Notes: a model not told the origin generated them from the letters alone. Positions 40,351 through 54,815 are shown, counted from the stretch's first letter. The stretch: 64,000 bases of DNA from Eledone cirrhosa (GCA_964016885.1 OZ024746.1:33418001-33482000), one strand, 5' to 3'. Made by a program: numbers and translations.

Positions 40351-41584
40351 ACTATACCTATCCCACTCATCTACCTTATTTGAGAAGTATAATACATTTC
40401 AAGGCCTTAATCAATTCCTTATTTTTCTGCTACTCTGCGTACATCCCCTTGAATTCAATTTATTATTTCATTTTTGTGCCATCATTTTGTCTCTTCGTAT
40501 TAAACAATTCTTACTTTCTATCTATTTTTCTTCCATCCTTAATATAATTGTCGCAACCAATCCTTCAGCCTGTTATGTTATATTGGATAATACGTCTATT
40601 ATTAGTGGTTTACATGGTGAGTGGTATGAGATGGTAGGCTTAACAATGCATTTTAAAGAACGTATAATCTAATTTCAATCTCACCGAGATCTCACTAGCT
40701 CTTTGTCTAGATAGCTATGGACGGCACCGAACAATGTTTTTACCATGTGAGAACGACGGCAAAATATTGATATTACATTAAGTTCTGACATGTAGAGTAC
40801 TTTTCCTTTTACCTTTTGCAGAGAAGATTTATCAAATCATTAGTGATTTACGTACGCCTATCTAGCATAACTTAATAACTCAATAAGGCAGCATGCAATG
40901 AATTCACTATATTCAATGAGAGCATTTAAATAAAAATGTTTGACCATTTTCTCTTTATATATCGCCTTCTGTTTATCCTGAGGTTTTCCCTGATCTGTGA
41001 AACGCTTGATCAAAAGTATTGCAGCTGGAATTATAGCAGACAGTATATTCAAGACTCAATTATTGAATGTAAATTTCGACGTATAGGTTTATCGGCATTA
41101 TCGGCATGATAGATATTCCTATGTTGCTACTCTTATCAGCTGGAACATCCACGTAGATAGTCAATAAAACGTCAGCAATGTTGTAGTATCATTTTAACTC
41201 CGCCACCTTTGTTTGTTCTTTTCGTTTCTACGTTTGTGTTATCGAATGAAACAGACTTATGCTTTCAAATATGACGCATCTAAGTGTATAAATTTACTGG
41301 TGGCATCAACTACACATTGTTTAATTTGTTTGAAGTCATATGATTATGTGTTTGTTTTGAAAATCCAAACATTATTAATTGAGTGTACTGCAAAAATTAT
41401 ACTATTGATAAAATAACAGGTAGAAGTGGTGTTTTAACTATAAACATACATTCAGAGTTTGAGTTTAAAACATGTATTAGCAATAGATCGAATTCCATAT
41501 AATTTACTATATTCTTGTGCATATAACGGATATATAGGACAGAATCAAACAAAATACTGCTAATATCTAGTTGCGACTATCCAT

Positions 41585-41720
41585 AGAATTGACAGAGTTG
41601 TCAGAAGGTCAGATAGAATGATCCGCGAGATTAGTTTCGGCTCTTTGGTCTATGAGTTCAAATCCCACCGATGTCAACTTGCCTTTCATCTATTCGAAGT
41701 TGATACAAAAAGTACAAGCC
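41585..41720 (+). mobile_element. tRNA-derived SINE, diverged
   Basis: gagttcaaatcccaccgatgtcaacttgcctttcatc...ttgatacaaaaagtac. Confidence 0.7.
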
Positions 41721-43639
41721 TTCTTTCATTCACCGCAAAAAAAATAGTTACTAAATTCACCGTTCAACATCATTATTCAACGTTTAGCATTGGCTCAACA
41801 AATCTATAAATTATCTAATAAATTAATTAGATTTGTCTTCAGTCATTCATTTTTATATTCATCTTTTCTTAACAGATTTATCGTACATCATTAACCCTTA
41901 AAGTATTTAATTTCGTCAGTCACTATTTTCTCACATATGTATTTAGCACTGATGTATTTATGTTAATATATGCTTTGTCATATATATTTTTTCACATATA
42001 CATTCAATATTTCCTTCCTACTTTCAAAACTTATTTCTCTGTTTATTCCAACCCTTGCTTACAACCTTCTATCCTTCACTGCCCTTCCATTCATTACATT
42101 CTTACTTTCTTTATATATATAATTAACTTTCCTTATGCTTGCTTGACACTTTATATTAATTGCATTATTTTCCTCATTTCTTTGTGTTCATAATTTTATT
42201 TCCTTCTTTCTTCTGTCTCTTGAAAGATCTTTCTTACCTTTACTCTTTGGTGAGCTTTTTTACTTGCACAGTCTTTCATTTCCATCTTTTAACCTTGCTG
42301 TATTTTACACGTAATATTTCATACGTTATTTTTTTTAAATGGCTATGTTGCCGTTTTTTAAATTTATTCCTATCCCTATTCATCCATTGCACTTAGCTCT
42401 TTCTTCCAATACTAATATCACTTCCGCAATTATTTATTCATATTTCATTATATTTCATCTTTCCTGTTTAGAATATTTATGTATATATCACATTTTCGAT
42501 ATACATTTTCTCATTTTCCTTTCTTTCTATTTCTTACTATTCATATCTTGATTAAATGTTCACAATTCATTCAATTTATTTCTTAATTCCAGCCATCATT
42601 TTTGTTTTTAGTATTTTCCTCTTTGGAATATGTAAAACAGTAAAATGCCTTTCTATATTATTCCGTTCCTTTATATATTTTTTTCAAACATTCAATACAT
42701 ATATCACTTCTTCCTTTCTTTTCGCTTCTCTCCATATATTGTAGCATATTTCCGATACTCATCAGATTGTATTACTTGGAGTGAGTGTGTGTGTGGGGGG
42801 TGGGGTGGGGGTGTCATTTAAAACATTTCTGTCTTTTATGAATTATCTCTCTTATTTATTATTTCCCTATTTGTAATTACTCCCAGGTTTGATTTACGTA
42901 ATCATTCTTCTATGTGTCTTTGTATTCCTCTTATTTTCTTGGTCTTCCTTTGGATTGTCCTTCCAATTTTATTATTTTTCTCTGAAACTTTTTGACTATT
43001 TTCTTCTGTATATTTCCGTTAATTTCTAAAGTTTCTCTTTCATTATAACTCCTATTCTTCGACAGAATTAGTCACATTAATTATTAAGCCGAATACAGGT
43101 GTTGTAATATTAATTAATGTTTTCCTGTGTATATTACTTACCTAGGGCAGAAGTAGTATTTTAGATACTATCTCTTATCCATTATGTTAACTTATCACAT
43201 CTACTCGAGTACATGTCTTGTACATCTCTACAGTGTGTATCTCTAGTGATCACACGAGAAGCCCATCCTGTAAGTTTCCACCCGACTTGCTAGATATAAG
43301 TTTAAGTTAATAACAATAGGTAACAGATTGTTCCTGGAAGGATGTTTCGCTTCCATTCATATTCGTGTTTTTCTATTCAGTTTGTCTTGCTAAACACGAA
43401 AATCATTTTGGATCTTATAGATAAGGACAACAATTTGTATTGTAATCCTGACAACACAATGTATATTGTATTACACTTTACTGCAATTTCAAATATATCA
43501 TATAACATAATATATAACTTGTATTATATAACATAACAAGTAATATAAATATTTCAACACCATTTTAATAGCTATATGATACAATGGATCCAAAACATTG
43601 CACCATCGTTATCTCTTGTCACCTCTAATATTTTATTGA

Positions 43640-44300
43640 CCAATGTTTCAAATTGATCCATGTTTCAAATCATCCATCATTGCTCCATTCCACGTACCAT
43701 GATACATATTGTCAATCAAATGTATGCCCTGATAAACCAGTTCCCACTGATCTTTTGTCACATTGGCAAGATCCATTAGAAGGTATTTCAAATAAGGGTG
43801 CATATAGTTCAGCTTTAGTTACATTATAAATCAAATACATCTGTCACTATTAAGCAATTTTTAAATAAAACATTATCAAGTAAGCATCTACCTACATTAC
43901 CATCGCAACATACACCTCGTTTTTAGCCATTGTATTGGATACCTTCGAGAAAGTCTTTCATGTGTTTGTAATCTTCGTATTGACCCACAGAGACAGATGG
44001 ATATAATTTGACGTTGAGGAGCCTCATTGCTTTCAAAAGTCTCGTAGAACTGCGGAAGAGTAGATGCAATACATTGGATTGATGTCTAAAACCAATCCCT
44101 TTAAACGGGGCTCTTACAACTGAACAAAAGCACAGATATTCAGTCACTATATAGTTAAAAGCCAGATTCCGAGATCGGGATATCATAATTGTCATCTTTA
44201 TACCCAGAGGGCCCATTCTGTCAATATAGACGCTAGCAACTCAGCATTACATTTCATTTCATGACTTTCAAGACTTTTGGAAGGTTACTAAACTCATACT
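43640..44300 (-). mobile_element. Highly degraded Chapaev-like (CMC) DNA transposase relic
   Basis: AELLASILTEW...LLFRSSTRLLKAMRLLNVKLYPSVSVG..EDYKHMKDFLEGIQY...VCCD...YHGTWNGAMM parallels Chapaev3 motifs AELLASRL / LFIDSS.SLKAVLLHNGN.YPS.PVG / YQGRWN. Confidence 0.6.
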
Positions 44301-44492
44301 GAATTGCAAAGTAGGCTCTTTCACATGTTCATCATGTTCATAAATGTTGACGTCTATTTCATGTGTTGTTTCATAAAAGGGAAGTTGTCAAATCGGAAGC
44401 TGTTCACTATGGGTCATAGGTACAATTCAAAATATGATGTTTGTTTAAACCAGTCTCTTCCTATCATGATATCCTTTATAATAGTTTCTGAT

Positions 44493-44685
44493 TCGTGCAG
44501 AAGGTCAACAACGTTAGGGGCGGGACGTTTCGATAATATCAGTTTGTTATTGGTTCTTTATTTTGTAGACCGCGAAATGATAAAAGGTGAAGCTAACCTC
44601 GGCTGCTTTTGAACTCAAAACGTAAAGCATGTAATGTAAATCTATGCCATACAGCATGTTATCCGACTAATACTGTCAATCCATT
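44493..44685 (-). mobile_element. tRNA-derived SINE, diverged
   Basis: ttattttgtagacc...aaaggtgaagctaacctcggc...tttgaactcaaaacgtaaag. Confidence 0.7.
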
Positions 44686-47600
44686 TATTTACGTCCACAA
44701 TTCAGAAATAACAGTCGTATAGGGGGTCGAATGGCTCTCACCAGATTTTCAGAACAGCCGGAAACAAGTATTTCCTGCCGTTGCGAATTAATCCGCGTGG
44801 TGTAGATTTGCAACCTCCTCAGATTACAATGAAGGTATATGGCTTGTCCCAGTTATCAGTGATAATGCCGACGCAATTGTCGTATGTGACGGAATATTTT
44901 CGAACCATGTTAACTACCGCATTTTACTTACTTTCAGACAGCAGACACAGCAAAAGCAATGAGTTCATCTCTCGAAGTGTTTAGAGGATATTCCTATATA
45001 ACACTACAGCTATCAAAAAAGTTAAAAGTTAGTAAAATGTTGTCGAGTGAATGAAACGTGACAGGAGCAGAATATTGAAAAACTGTGTGTTTCAGTTTTG
45101 AAAGTTTCCTCTTGTACAATGTTCATAGCTTTTCAAAATACAGCGTATTCGCATACCTTTAAAACACTCCTCTTGTATTCTATTTACAATAGTCTTTTCC
45201 AGGACAATAAGAAATACACCATGAAATATTCCATATATACTTACACGTATTTTCTTGGGATTGGATCATAGTCTATCGGTTAATACTGCATTGATAATAT
45301 CTCATTGTTATATATCTCATTGTATGTATGAATGATGCAATGAATCAGTATAAGTAAAGTCTGCAATTTCTGATTCAGGAAAGTTATGCATAGAAGCAGA
45401 AGTTTGGAACAATTGTAATTTCAATAGAGGCACAGTTACACACGAGAGAAAATATATTTTTTTATATAACTGGAAATATATTGACGCTATTATGAAACGA
45501 ATTTTAGACCCCTGAGGAACATGCTAGGAATATCTACAAAAAGACATAGAAAATATGATGAAATGAATTTTTGTTGTGTAGTGTAATAGTTCTCAAGGTA
45601 ATACGCTAATCTATTCACTGCTTGCACAATTCTAATTTTTATTAATTAAAGTTTTGGAGATGCTGGTCAACTTCCTTGGCCATAATGCGATTACCATTAG
45701 TCATTGAGCCTGGGATATCTTTTCTTCATTCCAATTGTAATCTAAATTAATTAAATCGTTTCATTCACTACACAAAATAATGAAAAACAAATTTGCATAT
45801 TACATTACACTCACGCCATAATAAACAATACAAGAGAGAAAGATAGAAAGATGCCAAACAGTTGGGGTAAACTCGTCATGAAGAAGAACAACAGTTGACG
45901 AAGAAAATACTGACTAGAGCAACTCGCCGTTGTTGGTCTACGAGATGTGGGTCCTTCAACGAAAACCCGATCCTAGCGCAGGTTGAACAACATTTTAGGT
46001 CGGTATTCTGCATGCAGAGGGAAATTGAAGTCATGCATAAATAAACGGCTACAAATGACATGAGTTCCGCTTCCACATTGGGTTCTAACAGGTAGTAGAG
46101 AACCACGTTAATGAGGATGCGGCTGTGGATCATAAATGGTATAAAGGTAGACTCTTCCAGATCCGGTGTTGAACGGAAGGAAAAACCTTGGTACTTTAGG
46201 TGTGTTATCATCCACTGTTGTCAACATATACATTTGAAGTATGTTCGACACAGCCACAGATGGTGCAGCTACGTTCGTGGAAGCGTTCTGCGTGAGTGTA
46301 TTCAAGCATACTGCGGATAGGGCGAATCATTTCTTCAGGAGTATCATCTTGAGATACTTACCAAAGCTTGTTTGAACTCCATGCACTCTCGTATGGCTTT
46401 CAAAACTTAATTCAGCCAGAACCGATCGAGTGATCAACATTTATCAACTCCTGCGTGGACATGTTATCTTATCTTATCCAGCAATGGCAACTTCAAGCTA
46501 ACAATATCTGTTTCCCATCAAGGTTGACAGTCTAGGATTTGAGCTTTCTGACAGAGGGGATATCCGAAACCCTCTCACCTTTTTGCGCGTAAGCAGGGAC
46601 CAGCGAATCTTGGATGACATTCAAACAGTGGTCCACTTACTTTGTTTTTTTTCCCGTATATCTGATTATGCGAGTTAATCTTTAGCTCGAGGTTTAACGG
46701 CGTTGGGATGATGTACTAAAAGACGTCCCCTACAGACTCAAGAGACCCAAATGTGTGGGGCCGGCTAGATAACAGATTTAGATTGATATGAAAATCTTGA
46801 CAACAGCTAAGGCGAAGAGAATGGGATTGAGTGGTTCAACTTACTGAACACCTGCGGCGAGTGTGATAAAATTGCCAGCAGCTATGTGCCGGCATGTGTT
46901 AAAGAAGTCAGATCACCTATATATTAATTTCGACTGCTTTTGTGGTACATAGACCACAACCACTTGCGAGTGTGTAATTCTATGTGTAGATCACAAAAAT
47001 GACAGCGCGTGTGGGTTGCGTGTCTGTTTGCTTGTGTGCGCACCTGGAGGAATGATAGTTCACAATTACATGCAAGTATGTAGATATCGGGCTCCTCTAT
47101 GATAATGTGCACATTTGCGCGTATAGAATGAGGCAAACACCTTCTATCGAGATTTAGCTTGGGCCCACGCTCACAGACATATTCACACTCAATCACTCCA
47201 ACTCCCCCTGTGCACCACAACTAAAATAAATAATCATTCACTAAAGACATATGGACGCCATAGTGATAATATTAGTGATAATATTAATAATATGAATCGT
47301 GTTTAATCGCCAAGAATAAACTATTGCCCGTATTATGAAAACAATAAAAGATAAATAAATGTGTATGAAATATTTGTTTTAGAGCCTTTTTAAGGGGGGG
47401 GGGGTCACGATCCGTAAACTGACCTTCTGTCAGCTGCCACTTCTCTATTTATAGCTAACCAGCGCCAACATAATATAGATTTACCTGCTGCAATCGGAAT
47501 AAAAAATACCCATTTGACAGAGGGCATACATTAAAAGAAAAACCCAAAGGAAAATAAAACCCTGTGTCAACATTACATTTTCAGCATTGCATTTTTAGCA

Positions 47601-47740
47601 CCTCTTTCACGACAGCGCATTAAATAACTATTACAAAAGGGCATTATAATTGTCCGATATGCGTGTGATCTATTTAATTTTGTTTACTGAACTAAAAGGT
47701 TCCATCGTGGCCTTCGTACAAGCACATGCATACAGACACG

Positions 47741-47793
<53 letters not shown>

Positions 47794-47899
47794 AGGGGGT
47801 GAGTTTTATTGTAGTAGAATAAAGCAATGCAGATATCGGATATGTTGATTTAAAACTGCACTATCCACAAGTGTTTTTAACCTTCATATCATGTCTTCC

Positions 47900-47970
47900 T
47901 ATTTTATCTGATGAAAACACAAATGTTATTGCATGATGATATTTGTTTTTGAAATGCGCATAATAAAATA
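47900..47970 (+). ncRNA. Canonical, apparently intact type-I hammerhead ribozyme
   Basis: tattttat-CTGATGA(47908-47914)-~15-bp helix II-GAAA(47951-47954)-tgcgca-T-A-ataaaata; perfect 8-bp helix I; ATGCGCAT palindrome; lies in a ~210-bp insert between (TA)n tracts. Confidence 0.88.
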
Positions 47971-48032
47971 CATGGAACTCTTTTAACCATCTTTTTGATC
48001 TTATATATCTATATATATATCTATATCTATCC

Positions 48033-48078
<46 letters not shown>

Positions 48079-48087
48079 ATATATATA

Positions 48088-48419
48088 TGCGGTGGTTTGG
48101 CGGTCCCGGTTATTCGCAGAATTTTCCTTAGAACCTAACTAATGATTGTTCGTGGAAACCACCGCATATTCACGGAATCGTGAATATCTTCCGCGATCCT
48201 TTTTAAGGCCTTTTTTGTCGTGGCAATATATATTTTTAAATGCTAAATTATCAATAACAATATAAGGTATTTGGACGCCCCTTTTCTCTCTATTATATTT
48301 TACGTACTATTTTGACGTTTATAAGCCTTTTTATGGACCACATACAATATCCGCGGTATTTCACTCTTCGCTGGCGATCTAGGAGCGTAACCCCCCACGA
48401 ATACTGGGGGACTACTTTA
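48088..48419. mobile_element. Tigger/pogo-like MITE relic
   Basis: Degenerate TIRs ggcggtcccggttattcgc and cgaatactgggggactact, TA-flanked. Confidence 0.6.
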
Positions 48420-49767
48420 TATAACCATAAATACTATATATAACCATGTCTGTATTCATGTATATATATAATCGTGTCTGTATGCAAGTGTGTGTATTAT
48501 TGTACCAAGAACACAGTGGAATCTTTTAGTTCAGTATTTAAAAAAAAATAAAACACAGCCATATCGGACAATTCTAATAAACATCGTTATTTTTAAATAC
48601 ATTTTTCGGGGCAAGCTTATTTGATTTTTATACTATTTAATATTATTGTATTTTCCTGCTATTCGAAAAAACAATTCGACTCAAATGAAAATCTTCTAAC
48701 GTTTTACTCGATTAGATTTAATTAATATTTAGATTGAAATAAATATATAGAAAAAAAACAAAAAAAAACATTCACCAACAAATGCAACATCCGTGATGCA
48801 CTACCCTTACATCCTGGAGAAAGACAGGTACAAATTAATTAAAAAGATATTAAAAAGTTGAAATACTAAAAAAGTATGCATACATTGAAAAATAATTACA
48901 ATTGAATGAGTTAAAATTGATTTGCTCTATTCAATTTTGATTTATTATATTTTAATTAGTTACATTCAGTAAAAAAAAATACTTTAATATTCACCGGGAA
49001 TTATCTTGGCAGCCAAGTGAGCTACTGAAATGTCGTAAACGCTCCTGTTTTTACAAGAGAGTCCGTGTGCTATTACTAATGAGGAGATAAGAAAATTTCT
49101 AGAATTGATTGGTCGCAGGCCTATGTGATACTATATCACAACTAAAAAACCTCCACTTCTTTGTTGTTCACAGTATTTCTGAATTTGCAATTGGTTTTAA
49201 AAACACCGTGGTGCAAAATACACCAATGAATAGAATAGTATCCTAAACAAATGTATGCGACGTACATGCCAATGATTGGCCTTAAATAGTCAAGTAGCAT
49301 ATTAAAGTAGCTTTATACAGAATTGCCTGGGCCTTAAAAGACCTGCCTTAGAGGGATATTGATGCTCACTGAAAATGTATCGAAAATTACACTTCACAGA
49401 AGACTTGGCGAATTGGCGACTGCGACGTTGAGCACCGTGCTATGCAAGTGTTTGCATGAAGGTACAATTTGCCTGTACTCAACAGACATACATACACGTT
49501 AACTCATACACACACATACACACAGAATCACGGAGACACACTTGTGCATATATACGTATATGACATTTTTTATACATAGCCTTACGGCGAATATATGCAT
49601 CCATAAACACACACAGAAACTCGGATATTTACGAACGGGAAAAAAAGCGGAATACATAAATTCATATGCAACGATAAATGCAGCGGGAATAATCATATTG
49701 AGGAACGTAGTTAACTGTTGTCGATAGATATTTGTTAAAGTAAGTACACTTGAGAATATATGCATGC

Positions 49768-49886
49768 ATTTTCCGAGGGGAAAACACTTTTTGTCGGAGA
49801 GGGACAACACGTGGCTTCTGTCGTTTTCCGGGTGTGTAAAACTGTTGTTATCCTTCTCCGACAAATGGTTTTTTCCCCTCAGAAAA
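49768..49886. repeat. Isolated ~120-bp hairpin
   Basis: ttttccgaggggaaaa...tttgtcggagagggacaaca pairs with tgttatccttctccgacaaa...ttttcccctcagaaaa. Confidence 0.75.
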
Positions 49887-50129
49887 CCCCCATTTGCTGG
49901 ATGCGAAATCCGAAATATAGGGACAATTAAATCACGTCCAAAGCAACTCTATCTCGTGTTATTATTTTTACACCTTTCCTACGTTCCTCTACACCCTCTA
50001 CATCTCATTCTACATTTCCTCTTACATCATCTCTCTCTCATCACCACCTGATTCTGTTACCCGGAAATTTTCACATCTGCATTGCCAAAACGTCAAATTA
50101 TATATATATATATGTGCGTGTGTGTGTGT

Positions 50130-50184
50130 CTTTTGAGTACTCTGGTGCGTTATGGTCCATCTGTTTCCTTACCACACTTCCTTC

Positions 50185-50190
<6 letters not shown>
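50130..50190 (+). mobile_element. Family B 3' terminal fragment
   Basis: ttgagtactctggtgcgttatggtccatctgtttccttaccacacttccttcg+(TA)n. Confidence 0.7.
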
Positions 50191-50248
<58 letters not shown>

Positions 50249-50252
50249 TATA

Positions 50253-51448
50253 TACTATCAATAATAATGAGTTCAAAACTCAGGCAGTCTTTTACAATGA
50301 AATAGATAAAAGAAAGAAGTATTTCTGAGCCGTGTAATACAAGATAATATAAATTAATATATTTGATAAACACAAATACCAACATATTCATGTTTGTATT
50401 GTAAATGACCAAGTTAGCTAGATTGAAATATACTAATAATAATAATACATTTTGCCTGTCTCGATTTAAGATAATAAATCAATAAACACAAATCATATTG
50501 GCAATGGCCGTAGTGCTTGGACAAATTTAAATTTCAAAATCAAACCTGCTCTGTAGACAGGTTTAAACGTTAAAATCCAAATATCTTTCGAATAATGAAA
50601 AAGTGAAAGAATACCGCATTTTGATCTCCTTAGCAAGCACTATAAAAATTGGTATGTTTCACTTCAAAATATTTAGAAAGACTGATTAACGCACATGGTA
50701 TTTCACGCGGTTATCCAGTGTCTAGCTGTCACATACTCGTGCTGCTAGAAATAACAACCGTTTGGATGGGGCTAAATTCAGCTCAACAAAGGAGCAGTGA
50801 TACTATCAATAATAATGAGTTCAAAACTCAGGCAGTCTTTTACAATGAAATAGCTCAAAGAAAGAAGTATATATATCAAATATATTAATTTATATTATCT
50901 TGTATTACACGGCTCAGAAATACTTCTTTCTTTGAGCTATTTCATTGTACAAGACTGCCTGAGTTTTGAACTCATTATTATTGATAGTATCACTGCTCCT
51001 TTGTTGAGTTGAATTTAGCCCCATACAAACGGCTGTTATTTCTAGCAGCACGAGTATGTGACAGCTAGACACTGGATAACCGCGTGAAATACCATGTGCG
51101 TTAATCAGTCTTTCTAAATATTTTGAAGTGAAACATACCAATTTTTATAGTGCTTGCTGAGGAGATCAAAATGCGGTATTCTTTCACTTTTTCATTATTC
51201 GAAACATATTTGGATTTTAACGTTTAAACCTGTCTACAGAGCAGGTTTGATTTTGAAATTTAAATTTGTCCAAGCACTACGGCCATTGCCAATATGATTT
51301 GTTTTTATTGATTTATTATCTTAAATCGAGACAGGCAAAATGTATTATTATTATTAGTATATTTCAATCTAGCTAACTTGGCCATTTACAATACAAACAT
51401 GAATATGTTGGTATTTGTGTTTATCTAATATATTAATTTATATTATCT

Positions 51449-51452
<4 letters not shown>
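50253..51452. mobile_element. Foldback of two terminally redundant 548-bp monomers in (TA)n
   Basis: Left arm 50253-50870 (50253-50322 repeated at 50801-50870); right arm 50874-51452 (50874-50904 repeated at 51422-51452); both offsets are exactly 548. Confidence 0.88.
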
Positions 51453-51486
<34 letters not shown>

Positions 51487-51678
51487 CACATGCATTATAC
51501 AGAATTTTTTAGCTTCCCGTCCCCACGTAAAATTTGTAAATCAGTGGCTAGTTGAGAGATGGGGTCCTATCGGTTGCCAGTTGCTAATCGCTTTACCGTG
51601 TCGGTTGTCACAAACAGTCATGACCGGCATGAGCCGGTGTTTGGATTCTGTCGATCGATAGGTTATTGATTAGGCGAT

Positions 51679-51790
51679 ACTCGCTGATGAAGCCGCATAA
51701 GCCGATTGTGCATTGTTGCATAATATATGCAGACAGATGGTGCAGTGCACCTTACTGCTGCATTAGTGCGGCAGAATCTCGATTCCGTGA
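51679..51790 (+). ncRNA. Decayed hammerhead-like motif with branched helix II
   Basis: actcg-CTGATGA(51684-51690)-a gccgca...tgcggc a-GAAT-ctcga-ttc-cgtg, inside a (TA)n-flanked insert. Confidence 0.4.
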
Positions 51791-52171
51791 ACCTTATAAG
51801 CACCCGTTTTACGTGTGTTGTGTTGAGGCAAATAACTATGTGTATACTCTGGTAATGTATCTTACATTGCCCGTTGAGTGCGCTGAGATACAACCGGTAC
51901 TGGCTTTGTTAAATATGCTGGGTCCGTCAACCCTTATTATTATATATATATATATAGGTGTGTGTGTGGGGGGGGGGTGAGTATGTGTGGGTATGTGTGT
52001 GTGTGTGTGTGTTCAGTAAACGTTGTTTTGGTAAAATAGGAGTAAGCAAGAGAAAGCTCTCAACATTTCTATCGTGTAGTTGCGGTGGAAATTCAGTCTA
52101 ACGATTTAACATCAGCATCCTTCTTAATTTTCTTCTTATATATATATATGTATATAAACACACACACTGCA

Positions 52172-52265
<94 letters not shown>

Positions 52266-53166
52266 CATGTATGTCTGCATCTTGATCTGCTGAACAATGT
52301 CAAATATATCTGCTTGGAGAAGGAGGAGGCTGAAATATTTAAGCAGTAAATGTAGAAATAAGAGATTTACAGCATAGAATAACAAACGTGAGATAACAGT
52401 TTGAAAATGAACCACAGAGAAAACAAATCAAAAGCAAAATAAAATGGGTCCAATATATAATCAACACCATGTAATGTTCAACCAAGGTTTACCATCCGAT
52501 TCCTACACTTGCAACACAGGAAATAAGAATTTTCTGCAACATGCCAAGTTTGATTTACCTGCCTCATTGGCTTATCAGAACTGACATTCGCGCAAAAAAA
52601 GAATGATGCAAATCTTTGTTAGATTTGTTTCACTACCACTTGCTTCATGTTCTCACACCATATGCATGGAAATGTTCGTCTTTGAACTTCTATTTTAAAC
52701 TTGTGTGTATGTTTAGGGATGGAATTTATACAAACATATAAAATATGAGGTGAGCGTGACGTGTTAAGTGAAATGTTTACTTACAATTTAGCCCATCGAT
52801 ATATAATGAATTATTTTTTTTACTTCAAAATCTGTTACTATTAATGCAGACCACCACGAGTGAAAATCGCAGCTTGTACATGATATGGAAATAAAACTGC
52901 TTAAGAATTGTAACTGTATGATGCCAAATTCTTCTAACGAGGAAATCACTACCATTTCACACATATTACAAACATGATTATAAAAGATGTTTCGAGTAAA
53001 CTACATCCTATTTTCACTACGCCTGAACCAGGTCTAGTTTGGAACTACTAATGTATTGTTCCAAATATCAGATCGTGCCGAAGTCGACTACCAACAAGAA
53101 CTGATAGTTTTACCCTGAATAATCCCCAACTAGTGAGGAGGGGTACGTTTGACGTGTATACATATG

Positions 53167-53220
<54 letters not shown>

Positions 53221-53221
<1 letters not shown>

Positions 53222-53400
53222 CGAAGGAATTGTGGTAAGGAACCAGATGGACCATAACGCACCAACGTACTCAATACTTAGGGTAGTAGAGTGGGTAATA
53301 GGAACAAGTATGACCCCGACGGCAGAGCTCAAGCCGTTTCGTCCAGAAATAGCCGTCGAAACGGCTTGAGCTCTGCCGTCGGGCTCATACTTGATCCTAT
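53221..53400. mobile_element. Short family B foldback (junction inside HHR helix II)
   Basis: gaccccgacggcagagctcaagccgtttcg pairs with cgaaacggcttgagctctgccgtcgggctc. Confidence 0.8.
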
Positions 53401-53459
53401 ATATATATATATATGTCACTACTTAATATGGAAATGCTTTCTACAGGGTTAAAACTTTA

Positions 53460-53556
<97 letters not shown>

Positions 53557-54404
53557 TGTGCATGGGCGTGTCACCCATTCTGCGGTACAACAAAAAGAAA
53601 GAGAGAAATCTATATAGCGATTACCAGGCATTAAAAGGTAAATACTAGGGTGAATAACACATTGCAATGACTGGCTTTTCTAAGTGAATGACATAACAAA
53701 AGAGTACATTTTGCTTAATTCCGGAGATTTATCATCCTAAGTATAAAATCCCAGACTTTCACAATCACGCATCTTTATGCAAGCAATCACATTGACTTCT
53801 ATATGCATTTTCATCAAACTCTATATCCAGTTATATAGTATATATATGTGTCTCATGAAATAATCATACACAAACCACAAAGCCACAGGCTCACAGACGC
53901 ACACATAAACATATATGTACGTGTGTCTATGTGTATTTATACATGCATATGCACACATGGATGTACATGTAAGTTTTAAAAGCAATATAGATAATTAGAT
54001 AGGCAGATACAAAAAAGATAGAAACGGGCGGACAGTTATCATATTACGATGTAATTAGAATTCATGTACGCATAATTAATTAGTTAGTATCACGAAACAA
54101 GAAGAATGACTCTGGTCGGGATATTTCCTACACATCTCTTCATATATATTCTGAACCAGATCCAAACATTCAATTCCAAATCGTGGAATACAGACGATAT
54201 GTTACAAATGTAAACTGCAATTTATAGTTTCAACAAAACTGAAAATAGAAAGATTTGAAACAAGCTAAAATTATACAAGTCTCTGTAGCAACTGGATGAA
54301 TAAAATTATATCACATATAGATAATGCAATCCATTCTCATTATTTTGCGTATCATATACAAGCATACATTCTTATATACAGACATATATAAAATTGTATT
54401 ATTA

Positions 54405-54600
54405 AATAACTGTTTCTACTTTTGGCACAAGGCCAGCAAATACCCAGTGCATTACTGGTACTTTATTTTATCGACCCCGTAAGGATGAAAGGCAAAGTTG
54501 ACCTCGGCGGGATTTGAACTCAGAATGGCAAGGACCGTAACTATATGCGTCAAAGCATGGCGTCCAACCCTCTACCGATACTGCCAACAGTCCACCACCC
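54405..54600 (-). mobile_element. tRNA-derived SINE
   Basis: ggcacaaggccagcaa...ttttatcgacccc...gatgaaaggcaaagttgacctcggcgggatttgaactcag...ctctaccgatactgcca. Confidence 0.88.
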
Positions 54601-54685
54601 AAATATTATAAGATAAGCAGTAGTTTATTTACTTGTCTCAATACCACTACTCCTTTTCTCTTTAATTATATAACATTAGCTTACT

Positions 54686-54744
<59 letters not shown>

Positions 54745-54766
54745 CCCCTCTCTTTCTCTCTCTCTC

Positions 54767-54815
<49 letters not shown>

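Noticed and set aside
45870-46920. Possible degraded RTE-like LINE
   Set aside because: Only vague similarity at the 3' end; no diagnostic motif I could verify
50649-51141. Duplicated 75-79 aa ORFs (MVCFTSKYLER...)
   Set aside because: Non-ATG starts and no motifs; the duplication simply reflects the foldback
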